The notes under the pieces are model-generated. The model did not search any database and was not told the DNA's origin. It saw only the letters and a list, made by a program, of their open reading frames with translations. Position numbers and translations under genes: made by a program. A stretch of 60,183 nucleotides of DNA, the filler included. It is 3 parts of 3 records of this genome, joined end to end, with 100 filler letters (N's around TTAATTAATTAA, not from the genome) between each part and the next. Parts side by side here need not be neighbours in the genome. Positions count along the whole stretch, not along the records: positions 31,032 to 44,338 come from SRR22947725_242; positions 44,439 to 60,183 come from SRR22947725_251; 1 more part is not named here. One strand, written 5' to 3'. Of this stretch, positions 40,060 to 50,256 are shown piece by piece; position 1 is the first letter of the stretch; each line of letters begins with the position of its first letter.

Positions 40060-43000
40060 ATGCGAATTTGCGCTCGGATTATGCGAGGGGCGCAGGCAAC
40101 GCCTGGTGGGGGTCTGGCCCACCAGCGATTGGCGCATTCGCTGATGAGGCACCGTTTACTGCAGTGCCGCCACGCGAGCGCGCGGCCCCAGTGGTTCGCG
40201 TGCCGCGCGGTGGCCCCTGCGGTGGGCGACGACGTTGCCACGAACACGACGGGCGCGGGCAGCAGCAGCGCGGGCGGCGAGTCGGGGACGCTGACGTTCC
40301 AGGACGCAATCTCCAAACTGCAGGAGTATTGGGCGTCGGTGGGCTGCGCGATGTGGCTGCCCCACAACACAGAAGTCGGCGCCGGGACCATGAATCCGGC
40401 CACGTTCCTGCGCGTGCTGGGGCCCGAGCCGTGGAACGTGGCGTACGCCGAGCCATCAATTCGTCCAGACGATTCAAGATATGGCGACAATCCCAATAGG
40501 GTACAGCGGCACACCCAGTTCCAGGTGATCCTGAAGCCAGACCCGGTTCGTTGTGCTGGCCCTGTGTCCTGCTCAGTTGCGCGTGCCCCCGATGGGGTCA
40601 CGCCCTAGCGCTCTTTACCACTCACAAAACCTCTTCTATGCACGTGTCATATCGACAGGGCAACCCACAGGAGCTCTATCTGAAGTCCTTGGAGGCCATC
40701 GGGATCGACACAAAGGTACGTGTCTCTTGTCAGGCGTCCTCGGAACGTTTGGGACGAGTTTGGAACTTGACATCGCACATCCATCGCATTTCGTCTATTA
40801 TGTTCAGTCTCGCGAATGCCGCTCATCGCGCTCACTGATGTACCGGGGGCTTTTGGCGATGCGCAGGCACACGACATTCGGTTCGTGGAGGATAACTGGG
40901 AGAGCCCCGTGCTCGGAGCCTGGGGACTAGGCTGGGAGGTGTGGCTGGACGGCATGGAGGTGACGCAGTTCACCTATTTTCAGCAGGCGGGAGGCAAGCC
41001 GCTGCCGGTGCCCGCGGTGGAGATCACGTATGGCCTTGAGCGGATCATCATGTCGCTGCAGGGCGTCAATCACTTCAAGGACATTGTGTATGCGCCGGGG
41101 GTGACGTACGGAGAAATGTTCCTGCAGAATGAGTACGAGATGTCCGTCTACAACCTCGACTCGGCAGACGTCCAGGGTCAACGTGAGCGCTTCGACCTGT
41201 ATGAGAAGGAGGCACGCAAAATGCTCGAGCAGCGCCTGCCGGTCCCGGCATACGATCATCTGCTGAAACTGTCGCATACATTCAACATTATGGATGCCAG
41301 AGGGGCCGTCGGCGTGACGGAGCGCGCCGAGTGCTTTGCCGTGCTGCGGTCGCTGGCTCGCGAGGTGACTGCGCTGTGGGTGGCGCGCAGGGAAGAGCAG
41401 GAATTCCCTCTTGGACTCGTGGAGGTCGCGAGCGGAGTCACGGCTGAGGCGGCGGTTGCAAGCAACGCCCCGACCGCGAGCGAGCGGTTCGTGTTGGAGG
41501 TCGGGACGGAGGAGCTCCCGCCGGAGGACTTGGATGGTGCCCTGCAGCAGATGCGGGCGGCGGTGTCCGAGATGCTCGAGCGCACGAAACTTGGGTACAG
41601 CGATGTGTCGGTGCAGGGCACGCCGAGGAGGATCGTGCTTACCGTGGACGGATTGGTCCCCGAGACGAGCGCGCAGACTGAGGACGTCCGCGGCCCTCCG
41701 GCCAAGGTCGCCTACAAGGACGGCGAGCCCACCCCTGCTCTAACTGGATTCTGCAAAAAGAATGGAATCAATATCGAGGATTGCCGCGTGGAGGAGGACA
41801 GCAAGGGCACGGAATACGTGTGGGCGTCGGTGACCCAGGGGGGCCGCCCGACCTCTGACCTGCTCGTGGAGGAATTCGGCCGAATTTTGAAGCAGATCTC
41901 GTTCAAGAAGAGCATGAAGTGGAGAGGTGAGCAGGCCTTCAGCAGGCCCGTTCGCTGGATTTTCGCCATGCACGGTGGCCAGGTGCTCCCGATCGAGTTT
42001 GCAGGCCTGGTGGGCGGCTCCACGACGAGGCTCCTGAGGACATCACCGGACGCGGTCATGAGCAGCGCCACGGAACATTCTACTATTTTGAATGCGGCAG
42101 GTATCATTGCCGACGTCCAGTCTCGGAAGGAAAGTATATGGGCGAGCGTCAACGAGGCTGCTGAGGGCGTCGGCGGCGTCGTGCCCGAGGCCTGCAGGGG
42201 CGACCTGCTGAATGAGGTGGCGAACCTGGTGGAAAGCCCTACTATAGTGATAGGCAAGTATGAGGACAAGTTCTTGGGGCTGCCGAAGGACATCCTGGTC
42301 ATGGTGATGAGGAAGCATCAGCGCTATTTCCCCGTCTGCAAGCCGGGGTCCGACGAGCTGCTGCCCTACTTTGTGACGGTGGCAAATGGTGCTATAGACG
42401 AGAAAAAGGTCAGGGAAGGAAACGAGGCCGTTATCCGTGCCAGATTTGAGGACGCGCAGTTCTTCTACGAGCTCGATCGCAAGTCCACGCTTGTGGACGT
42501 GCGCCCCAAGCTCAGCGGCACGACCTTCCAGAAGGAGCTCGGGTCCTTGCTTGACAAGACGGTGCGCGTCGAGCAGAGCATTGAAGAGTTGGCGGAATTA
42601 TGTCGAGTGGATGGAGAGGGGCGACGGGTGGCGCAGGAGGCTGCTCACGTGTACCGGGCAGATCTGGCGACGTCCACGGTCACAGAGATGACGGCCCTGG
42701 CTGGTATTATGGGAGAACACTACGCTCTTATGGAGGGAAAGAGTCCAGCGGTTGCAACCGCCATATTCGAGTCGGTGCTGCCGAGGAACGCCGGCGATGT
42801 GCTGCCGACGTCCGCCGCCGGGTCGCTTTTGTCAGTGGCAGACAAGGTCGACTCGCTCGTCGGTCTGTTCTCTTGCGGGTGTGGGCCTACTGCCAGCGCG
42901 GATCCATACGGTCTTCGACGTGCTGCGGTGGGGCTGCTGCAGGTGCTCATGACCGCCGGGATGCCCTTTGATGTCAGGGCCGCCATCGAAATCTCGGCCG

Positions 43001-43551
43001 CGCGCCAGCCAGTCGACGTCTCGCACGACGCCAAGAATGACGTGTTCGACTTTGTGCTGAAGCGTCTTGAGCAGATCCTCGTGGACGAGGGCGTCCAGGT
43101 GGAGGCGGTTCGGGCGGCCATCGCCGAGCGTGGCACCAATCCCTCTCTGGCGGCGGAGACCGCCAGAGAGATTGCGCACGAGCTTGAGTCGGGCGGCAGC
43201 GAAGGAGACTTGCAGCGGACAATGATGGCCATGGCACGCGCGGTCCGTATCACGAGGTCCAAGGAGATTGGGGCCGACTGGGTGGTCGATCCGAGCCTGT
43301 TCGAGGGCGATCTCGAGTCCGACCTGTATCAAGCGTACAAGGCTGTTTCGACCTCCTTGAATCGAAATTCGAGTGTGGCGGAGTTCTCAAGGGAATGCAG
43401 TAATTTGGTGCAGCCGTTGGACGCATTCTTTGAGTCCGTCTTTGTTATGGCGGACGACGAGCGCATCCGGATGAATCGCTTAGCACTGTTGCGGGACGTT
43501 GCGGCCCTGCAGGACGGAATCTTGGACCTTCAAGAGCTTCCTGGATTTTAG
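40060..43551 (+). CDS. Organellar glycine--tRNA ligase with fused alpha-beta subunits; exons 40060-40545, 40659-40715, 40867-43551
   Basis: [32 protein letters not shown] alpha motifs; [21 protein letters not shown] beta motifs; two phase-0 GT-AG introns restore LKPDP|GNPQELY...DTK|AHDIRF; start may be 40081. Confidence 0.92.
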
Positions 43552-43592
43552 AATTCGATTTTACAAGATGCATCACACACATACATACATCT

Positions 43593-44049
43593 TTATCGAT
43601 CGAGTCCCAGAGTAGGGTCGGGCGACCGTGGAATCCCTGCACTGTGCATCATCTCATCGAGGGCATCCCTGAAGTGGGGTGTGGCCAGGTCCACGAACGT
43701 ATTCTACGCAAGAAAGCGGGCAGCAAGAGTGAGAAACGATGTAAGACGATGCAAGACGATGCAAGGGTACTTGCTATTCGTGCAAACATCGAACCTGATA
43801 TATCCACTGGTTGCCGGGCCACGAATCTTGGGGCAAGGCCTCTTCGTCGCCGGGATGCAGCGCAAACTGCGATTCTGCCTTCTTTTTGAAATCAATTCGC
43901 CTGAAGTACGCATTTTCGGGGACCGGGTTGACCCATTCCAGATACCTGAGGTGCGGTGGGGGCGATCAGAGTGATTTGTTGTCGCACCTCAACAACAGCA
44001 ACATCAAGGTAACGACACGCACTTTCCCTCGGACGCATACACAATTTCC
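43593..44049 (-). CDS. 3' exons of a spliced gene (44049-44023, 43945-43795, 43703-43593), possibly a GT61-type glycosyltransferase
   Basis: Two GT-AG introns join an uninterrupted frame EIVYASEGKYLEWVNPVPENAYF...WIYQNTFVDLATPHFRDAL...LDR*; minus-strand TGTAA at 43561-43565; family call is tentative. Confidence 0.6.
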
Positions 44050-44338
44050 CTGCACGAAGCGAGCAGGCGCCAAACGCAAGTGAGATACTGTTACGCGGCT
44101 GGACACGTCCGATGTGTCCAGCGGACCGTTGACCGGACCAGGGCAGGCCGTGACCTGCAGGGCGCGGCCTCATGATCGTCTTCATCACGCCTGAGCCCCG
44201 AGGCTCATGGCATTCAGATACTATACTATAACTACCCCGAGTAACTAAGCCAGAGACTTCCAATCTCCACAGGTAAGTCACATGGTAGAGTGTATCTCTG
44301 GATCGTATCGAACGGTTGGGAGACCCGGCTGGGCGCAT

Positions 44339-44438
44339 NNNNNNNNNNNNNNNNNNNNNNNNNNNNNNNNNNNNNNNNNNNNTTAATTAATTAANNNNNN
44401 NNNNNNNNNNNNNNNNNNNNNNNNNNNNNNNNNNNNNN
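44339..44438. other. Artificial contig spacer
   Basis: Same N44-TTAATTAATTAA-N44 linker. Confidence 0.98.
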
Positions 44439-44530
44439 TAGGTGAGCCATTTCGTCGTGATGCAATGAAAGCCCCTGTGTCAGTTGCTGGAATTTCAAAA
44501 AATGATATGATCCCTCAAAAAGGTGCATAA
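44439..44530 (+). CDS. xsc: 3' end of sulfoacetaldehyde acetyltransferase
   Basis: Translates GEPFRRDAMKAPVSVAGISKNDMIPQKGA*; GEPFRRDA is the Xsc C-terminal motif and pta follows directly. Confidence 0.8.
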
Positions 44531-44533
44531 TCT

Positions 44534-45472
44534 GTGAATATCAAAAATAAATTTATTAGCGGGGCAGATCCAATCTGTCCCGTTGATTTTTTGGAACGAG
44601 CTCGATTAGGAAATTCTCCTAGAGTAGCAATTGCTAGAGCAGGGGCTCCATTACCAATGCGAGCAGCTCTTGAAGCCACAAATGAAGGTATAATGGTACC
44701 AATTTTTGTGGGTGAAGTTGATGATATACTATTAGAAGCTAATGAATTATCATGGGATATCTCAAATTATAAAATAATTGATACGAATGGTGAGATTGAA
44801 GCTGCTACTGTTGCTGCAAATTTATGTGGTAAAAATGAAGCAGATGTTCTTATGAAGGGGCAATTGCACACTGATGTCTTTATGAAAGCTGCGCTTAATA
44901 GGGATGCTGGATTAAGAGTGGGTTCAAAGTTTGTCCATTTATTCGCTATGAGTCATCCTGATGGAGGTTCTCCAATTGTAATTTCTGATGCTGCTGTAAA
45001 TGTTAATCCAGATATTGAAACAAGAAAAGATGCAACACGATCTGTTGTTAAATTACTTATTGCGCTAGGTGTTGAATGTCCAAGAATAGCTTTTTTAAGT
45101 GCAACCGAGTCAGTAATTTCATCTGTGATAAGCTCTGTTGAAGGTGCGGAACTATCTGATTGGGCAAAAAATGAAATATCTAACGCTCACTTCTCGGGGC
45201 CACTTGCGTTAGATCTAATAATATCTGAAAAATCATGTAAAATTAAAGGTATAGTAGATGACCCTGTTGCAGGTTTTGCTGATGGCATTATTGTTCCTGA
45301 GATTGTTTCAGGAAATACGCTATTTAAATCTATGGTTTATATGACTGGTGCTTGTGCAGGTGGAATTGTTGTGGGTGGCAAGGTTCCTATACTTTTGACA
45401 AGCCGCGCAGACAGTTCTGCAGCAAGATTATCATCAATATCACTTGCATCTATTTGGTCAAATGCAAATTAA
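44534..45472 (+). CDS. pta: Phosphate acetyl/butyryltransferase
   Basis: LMKGQLHT, SDAAVN, LSATE, GPLALD, GNTLFK, LTSRAD. Confidence 0.88.
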   Translation: MNIKNKFISGADPICPVDFLERARLGNSPRVAIARAGAPLPMRAALEATNEGIMVPIFVGEVDDILLEANELSWDISNYKIIDTNGEIEAATVAANLCGKNEADVLMKGQLHTDVFMKAALNRDAGLRVGSKFVHLFAMSHPDGGSPIVISDAAVNVNPDIETRKDATRSVVKLLIALGVECPRIAFLSATESVISSVISSVEGAELSDWAKNEISNAHFSGPLALDLIISEKSCKIKGIVDDPVAGFADGIIVPEIVSGNTLFKSMVYMTGACAGGIVVGGKVPILLTSRADSSAARLSSISLASIWSNAN

Positions 45473-45494
45473 TATTAAAAAACTTTTATTATAA

Positions 45495-46055
45495 CTACAG
45501 ACCACGAGATATAGCAGCAATTCCAGTTCGAGCAACATCAACCAATCCAAGTGGTGTCATCAGCTCTACAAAAGCGTCTATTTTTTCAGGAGTACCCGTT
45601 AATTCAAAAACAAAACTTTCCAGTGTTGTATCAACGACTGAAGCACGGAATATTTCAGAAGTTCTAAGAGCTTCAACTCTACTTTCACCACTGGACACCA
45701 CTTTTACCATTGCTAATTCGCGTTCCACTGATGGCCCTTCAACCGTTAAATCGTGAACATCATGAACTGGAACCATTCTAGCTAATTGTGCTTTAATCTG
45801 TATAATGACTGAAGGTGTACCAGTAGTTACTATAGTAATTCTTGATAAGTTATCTGCATGATTAGTTTCTGCAACAGTAAGGCTTTCTATATTATATCCT
45901 CTTCCAGAGAAAAGGCCAATTACTCGAGCTAAAACACCAGCTTCGTTGTCTACAAGTACTGCTAAAGTATGTGTTTCTAATATATCGCTAGAAGTATTTT
46001 TTAGGTTATAAGCACTTTTTTTTGAAGAACCTTTTTTTAATATTAAAGCATTCAT
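45495..46055 (-). CDS. ilvH: Acetolactate synthase small (regulatory) subunit
   Basis: ACT domain VDNEAGVLARVIGLFSGRGYNIESL, ERELAMVKV, VARTG. Confidence 0.95.
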   Translation of the reverse strand: MNALILKKGSSKKSAYNLKNTSSDILETHTLAVLVDNEAGVLARVIGLFSGRGYNIESLTVAETNHADNLSRITIVTTGTPSVIIQIKAQLARMVPVHDVHDLTVEGPSVERELAMVKVVSSGESRVEALRTSEIFRASVVDTTLESFVFELTGTPEKIDAFVELMTPLGLVDVARTGIAAISRGL

Positions 46056-46110
46056 ATTTTTTCCTTTTACACATTTTAATAAAGTTAATGTAAGCCTATT
46101 TTTTGATTTT

Positions 46111-47868
46111 TTAAACCATTACAGCGCCACTGGAGTCTATCGCACCTTCAGTAGTATCATCCCCCATTAACATCTCGTTATGTGCTTTTCCTGATGGAAT
46201 CATTGGAAAACAATTCTCATGTTTCTCTACTAAACAATCAAAAATTACTGGGCCATTATATTCTAACATTTCAATTATAGCATCATCCAGTTTATTTGGG
46301 TCCGAGCATTGAATACCTTTTGCACCAAATGCTTCAGCCAGTTTTACAAAATCAGGTAAACTTTCAGACCACGAACTGGAGTATCTTTCACCATGGAGTA
46401 GTTCTTGCCATTGTCGAACCATTCCTAAACGTTCATTATTCAATATGAACTGTTTTGCCGGTAAGTTATACTGAGTGCATGTACCCATTTCTTGCATATT
46501 CATCAGCCAGGATGCTTCACCCGCAACATTAATTACTAAACCATCTTTGTGCGCAACTTGCACTCCTACAGAAGCAGGTACACCGTAGCCCATAGTTCCC
46601 AATCCGCCTGAAGTCATCCAGCGATGAGGATCTTCAAAACCTAAATATTGTGCAGCCCACATTTGATGTTGGCCAACTTCAGTTGTAATAAAGCGGTTTG
46701 GATGATCTTTTGTGTGGTATTCAAGCCTCTCAAGAGCATATTGTGGTTTGATAACAATATCTGAGTTTTTATAAGATAAACAGTTTCTGGCTTGCCATTG
46801 ATTTATTTGTGACCACCATTCCTTAATTTTTGATGAATTTGTTTTATTGCCACGAGATTTCCAAACATTTAGTAGATCTTCTAAAACACAAGCAACATCT
46901 CCTAAAATTGGAATGTCTACCGTTATCACCTTATTAATAGAAGAAGCATCTATATCGATATGAGCTTTTTTTGAATGAGGGCTAAACTTGTCTAATACAC
47001 CAGTAATGCGATCATCAAAGCGTGCACCAATATTTATAAGTAAATCGCATCCATGCATAGATAAATTTGCCTCGTACGTTCCATGCATTCCAAGCATACC
47101 GAGCCAGTTTTTTCCAGACGCTGGATAAGATCCTAATCCCATTAGTGTGGATGTAATTGGAAAATTAGTTTCTTTAACTAGTTCTCTAAGTAACTGACTT
47201 GCTTTATTGCCTGAATTTATAACTCCACCACCAGTATAGAAAACAGGTCTTTCTGCTTTTTCTATCATTTCAACAAGCTCAGTTATTGCATTTATATCAC
47301 CTCTTGTTTGTGGATTGTAGTGACTTATTTTTGCTTTTGTTTTTTCTGTATATGCTCCAGTAGCAAATTGTACATCTTTTGGAATATCAATCAAAACTGG
47401 CCCAGGTCGTCCAGAAGTTGCTATATGAAATGCTTGGTGTATCGTTTCTGATAGCTTATCTGTTTCTTTCACTAACCAATTATGCTTTGTACAAGGGCGT
47501 GTAATGCCTACAGTGTCTGCTTCTTGAAATGCATCAGATCCTATCATGAATGTAGGTACTTGACCTGTTAATACTACCATTGGAATAGAATCCATTAGTG
47601 CATCAGTCATGCCAGTTACTGCATTTGTTGCACCAGGTCCCGAAGTCACTAAAACTACACCGGGCTTTCCCGTCGATCGAGCATATCCTTCAGCCGCATG
47701 TGTTGCACCTTGTTCATGTCTAACTAGAATGTGTTTTATATCATTTTGTTGAAATATTTCATCATATATCGGCAATACAGCGCCACCAGGGTAGCCAAAT
47801 ATTGTATCTACACCCTGATCCTTGAGTGCTTGAATTACCATTTGTGCACCAGTCATAGTTTTAGTCAT
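46111..47868 (-). CDS. ilvI: Acetolactate synthase large subunit
   Basis: FGYPGG, RHEQGA, TSGPGATN, MLGMHG, RFDDR, VGQHQM, MVRQWQ. Confidence 0.96.
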   Translation of the reverse strand: MTKTMTGAQMVIQALKDQGVDTIFGYPGGAVLPIYDEIFQQNDIKHILVRHEQGATHAAEGYARSTGKPGVVLVTSGPGATNAVTGMTDALMDSIPMVVLTGQVPTFMIGSDAFQEADTVGITRPCTKHNWLVKETDKLSETIHQAFHIATSGRPGPVLIDIPKDVQFATGAYTEKTKAKISHYNPQTRGDINAITELVEMIEKAERPVFYTGGGVINSGNKASQLLRELVKETNFPITSTLMGLGSYPASGKNWLGMLGMHGTYEANLSMHGCDLLINIGARFDDRITGVLDKFSPHSKKAHIDIDASSINKVITVDIPILGDVACVLEDLLNVWKSRGNKTNSSKIKEWWSQINQWQARNCLSYKNSDIVIKPQYALERLEYHTKDHPNRFITTEVGQHQMWAAQYLGFEDPHRWMTSGGLGTMGYGVPASVGVQVAHKDGLVINVAGEASWLMNMQEMGTCTQYNLPAKQFILNNERLGMVRQWQELLHGERYSSSWSESLPDFVKLAEAFGAKGIQCSDPNKLDDAIIEMLEYNGPVIFDCLVEKHENCFPMIPSGKAHNEMLMGDDTTEGAIDSSGAVMV

Positions 47869-48017
47869 TATAAAATTTGCTCCATATCAAGCGTAAAAGC
47901 TATTCATTAGGAAGAATAAGTTTTAACATTAAACGCTTTTGTCATCTTAAGTTTTTATACAGTCAATTTTGCACATTATTGGTATGTGTAGTTTGGTCAA
48001 GCGGAAAAACATAAAAT

Positions 48018-48054
48018 AGTATAATTATTGTAATTTTATTACAATAATTATACT
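48018..48054. repeat. Perfect 17-bp inverted repeat with 3-nt loop, possible terminator of the transferase gene
   Basis: AGTATAATTATTGTAAT-TTT-ATTACAATAATTATACT. Confidence 0.85.
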
Positions 48055-48099
48055 TAAACGTAATTAAAATTCATAAATATCTAAATAAAAGAATTTATA

Positions 48100-48927
48100 T
48101 TACGTATATTTAGCAGTTAGAGGTAGTTGTAATTGAGAAACTTGATCTAATATAGTTTTATCAGAGCCATTAAATATATTGGTGTCTATCTTTGAGGTTT
48201 CATTAAAATTAATCCACTTACCGTCTATGAATAATTCAAGAGCTGTAAATTTGGATTTATAATCCATTTTTTTGCTACCAGGAACCCAGTAGCCTAAATA
48301 AAGATACTTCAAGTCCATATTCAAAGCTATATTTATATGATCAAGTATCATAAATTTTCCTAGGCTAAATTTATTTAATTCTGGATCAAAAAAAGAATAT
48401 ACCATTGACAACCCATCATCTAAAACATCAGCCAAACTTACACATTCTAACTTTTGTCGACCATTTTTAGTTTTTGAGTTATATTCAATAATTTTTGTAT
48501 TTACTGGCGTTTCTTCTAGCATTGATGAATATTCAAATATTGACATCTCTGACATTCCACCATCTGAGTGTCTGGCATTTAAATATTTATTAAAAAGCTC
48601 ATATTGCTCATCTGTTGCCAAAGCTGAATGATAGTTTCTTGATAAATGACTATTTTTATTCAAAATTCTTTTTTGAGATTTTGTCAATTTAAAATCTTTA
48701 ATACGAATTCTTGCTGATATGCATGCGGAACAATCAACACATGCAGGACGGTATAAAACATTTTGAGAACGTCTGAAACCTTGGCAAGATAATGTGTTAT
48801 TCAATGCCTTGCCATTATTATTGTTTAAACCTGTAAAAAGTTTACGTTCGGTACGATTATCTAAATATGGACAAGGTTGTGGTGCCGTAACATAGAATTG
48901 TGGTTCAAGTGGAAAGCTGTGTTTCAT
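48100..48927 (-). CDS. Ate/Bpt-family aminoacyl-tRNA--protein transferase (N-degron pathway)
   Basis: CPYL, GFRRSQ, YRPACVDCSAC, RHSDGGM, YSFFDP, YLGYWV, KMDYK. Confidence 0.92.
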   Translation of the reverse strand: MKHSFPLEPQFYVTAPQPCPYLDNRTERKLFTGLNNNNGKALNNTLSCQGFRRSQNVLYRPACVDCSACISARIRIKDFKLTKSQKRILNKNSHLSRNYHSALATDEQYELFNKYLNARHSDGGMSEMSIFEYSSMLEETPVNTKIIEYNSKTKNGRQKLECVSLADVLDDGLSMVYSFFDPELNKFSLGKFMILDHINIALNMDLKYLYLGYWVPGSKKMDYKSKFTALELFIDGKWINFNETSKIDTNIFNGSDKTILDQVSQLQLPLTAKYT

Positions 48928-48975
48928 TTCATTAGATTATCAAGAGCTAATAAAATTATCAATTATATTTAATTT

Positions 48976-49012
48976 TACCTAGAAAATATTTTTAAAAAAT
49001 ATTTTCTAGGTA
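48976..49012. repeat. Perfect 18-bp inverted repeat with 1-nt spacer in a divergent promoter region
   Basis: TACCTAGAAAATATTTTT-A-AAAAATATTTTCTAGGTA. Confidence 0.88.
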
Positions 49013-49053
49013 TAGTCTTGTTAAATAATATCATAATCCATATTAGTTTAAAA

Positions 49054-50211
49054 ATGATTATTATAAAAAAAACACAAGAACTAAAAGATTTTTGTAAGAA
49101 GTGTTCAGCATATGAATATGTAACTTTGGATACAGAGTTTTTAAGAGAACGAACTTATTATTCAAAACTTTGCCTTGTGCAAATGGCGCATCCTGGAAAT
49201 TCTAAAGACTCAGCAGTTTTGATAGATCCATTATCACCAGATTTATCTCTAGATCCATTATATGAGCTATTTAAAGATCCTAATGTAGTAAAAGTTTTTC
49301 ATGCTGCAAGGCAAGATTTAGAAATATTTTTTGTAGATAAAAAGATAATCCCGTTTCCATTTTTTGATACACAAGTCGCTGCGATGGTATGTGGATTTGG
49401 AGAGCAGGTGGGATATGAAAAATTAGTTAGATCAATTTGTAATGAAGGTCTTGATAAATCATCTCGCTTTACCGACTGGTCGGCTAGGCCTTTGTCTTCG
49501 CAGCAAATGCAGTATGCAATAGGTGATGTAACATATCTAAGAGAAATATATGAATTTTTATCAAATAAAATTAATAAGAATGGCAGACAAGCATGGGTTG
49601 AGGAGGAACTAAGTATACTAATGGATCCAGAGACTTATATTGTTGATCCTAAATTTGCTTGGCGAAGAGTGAAAACTCGCACTAGCTCGTGGAAAATGTT
49701 AGCAGCTATTTCTGAACTAGCAGAATTTAGAGAGAAGTACGCACAAATAAAAAATATTCCACGTAATAGAGTATATAAAGATGATTGTATGATGGAATTA
49801 GCAGCTACTCGACCAAAAAATTTAGATGATCTTAATAAATCAAGGTTATTATTACGTGATGCACGAAAAGGGCAGATTGCTGAAGGAATACTAAGTGCAA
49901 TAAATCTTTCAGATAAATACACCTCAAATGATGTGGAACGACAAGCTCCTCAAAAGGAAAAAACGCAAGGTAAAGAAGGTTTATCAGAGCTGTTAAGAGT
50001 TCTTTTGAAAGCAAAGGCTGAACAATTTGGTGTAGCAACAAAGTTGATAGCAACCTCAACTGACTTAGATCGAATAGCTGGAGGTGAAATGGAGTTAAAT
50101 GTCTTTAAGGGATGGCGTAATGAAGTTTTTGGCCATGATGCAATGCGTCTACGCGAGGGTAAAGTTGCATTATCTGCAAGTGGCAAGAATGTCCTTGTTG
50201 TCGATATTTAG
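49054..50211 (+). CDS. rnd: Ribonuclease D
   Basis: LDTEFLRERTY, KVFHAARQD, DTQVAA, DWS.RPL, YAIGDV, HRDC domain, GWR. Confidence 0.95.
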   Translation: MIIIKKTQELKDFCKKCSAYEYVTLDTEFLRERTYYSKLCLVQMAHPGNSKDSAVLIDPLSPDLSLDPLYELFKDPNVVKVFHAARQDLEIFFVDKKIIPFPFFDTQVAAMVCGFGEQVGYEKLVRSICNEGLDKSSRFTDWSARPLSSQQMQYAIGDVTYLREIYEFLSNKINKNGRQAWVEEELSILMDPETYIVDPKFAWRRVKTRTSSWKMLAAISELAEFREKYAQIKNIPRNRVYKDDCMMELAATRPKNLDDLNKSRLLLRDARKGQIAEGILSAINLSDKYTSNDVERQAPQKEKTQGKEGLSELLRVLLKAKAEQFGVATKLIATSTDLDRIAGGEMELNVFKGWRNEVFGHDAMRLREGKVALSASGKNVLVVDI

Positions 50212-50256
50212 ATTAAAGATATATATATAATTAAATCAAAATAATGTTGGATCCTA

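Noticed and set aside
32057..43332. Many overlapping alternative and antisense ORFs in the GC-rich contig
   Set aside because: Expected from stop-codon scarcity at high GC; they shadow genes with clear motifs and carry none of their own
43892..44338. 148-aa minus-strand ORF as a complete gene
   Set aside because: It begins at the contig edge and runs out of frame across the exons and intron of the spliced gene reconstructed at 43593-44049
30932..44438. Eukaryotic DNA apparently inserted between bacterial genes (horizontal transfer or a cross-kingdom system)
   Set aside because: Both junctions are identical artificial N-TTAATTAATTAA-N spacers and the flanking genes (lipB, xsc) are simply cut, so adjacency carries no biological meaning
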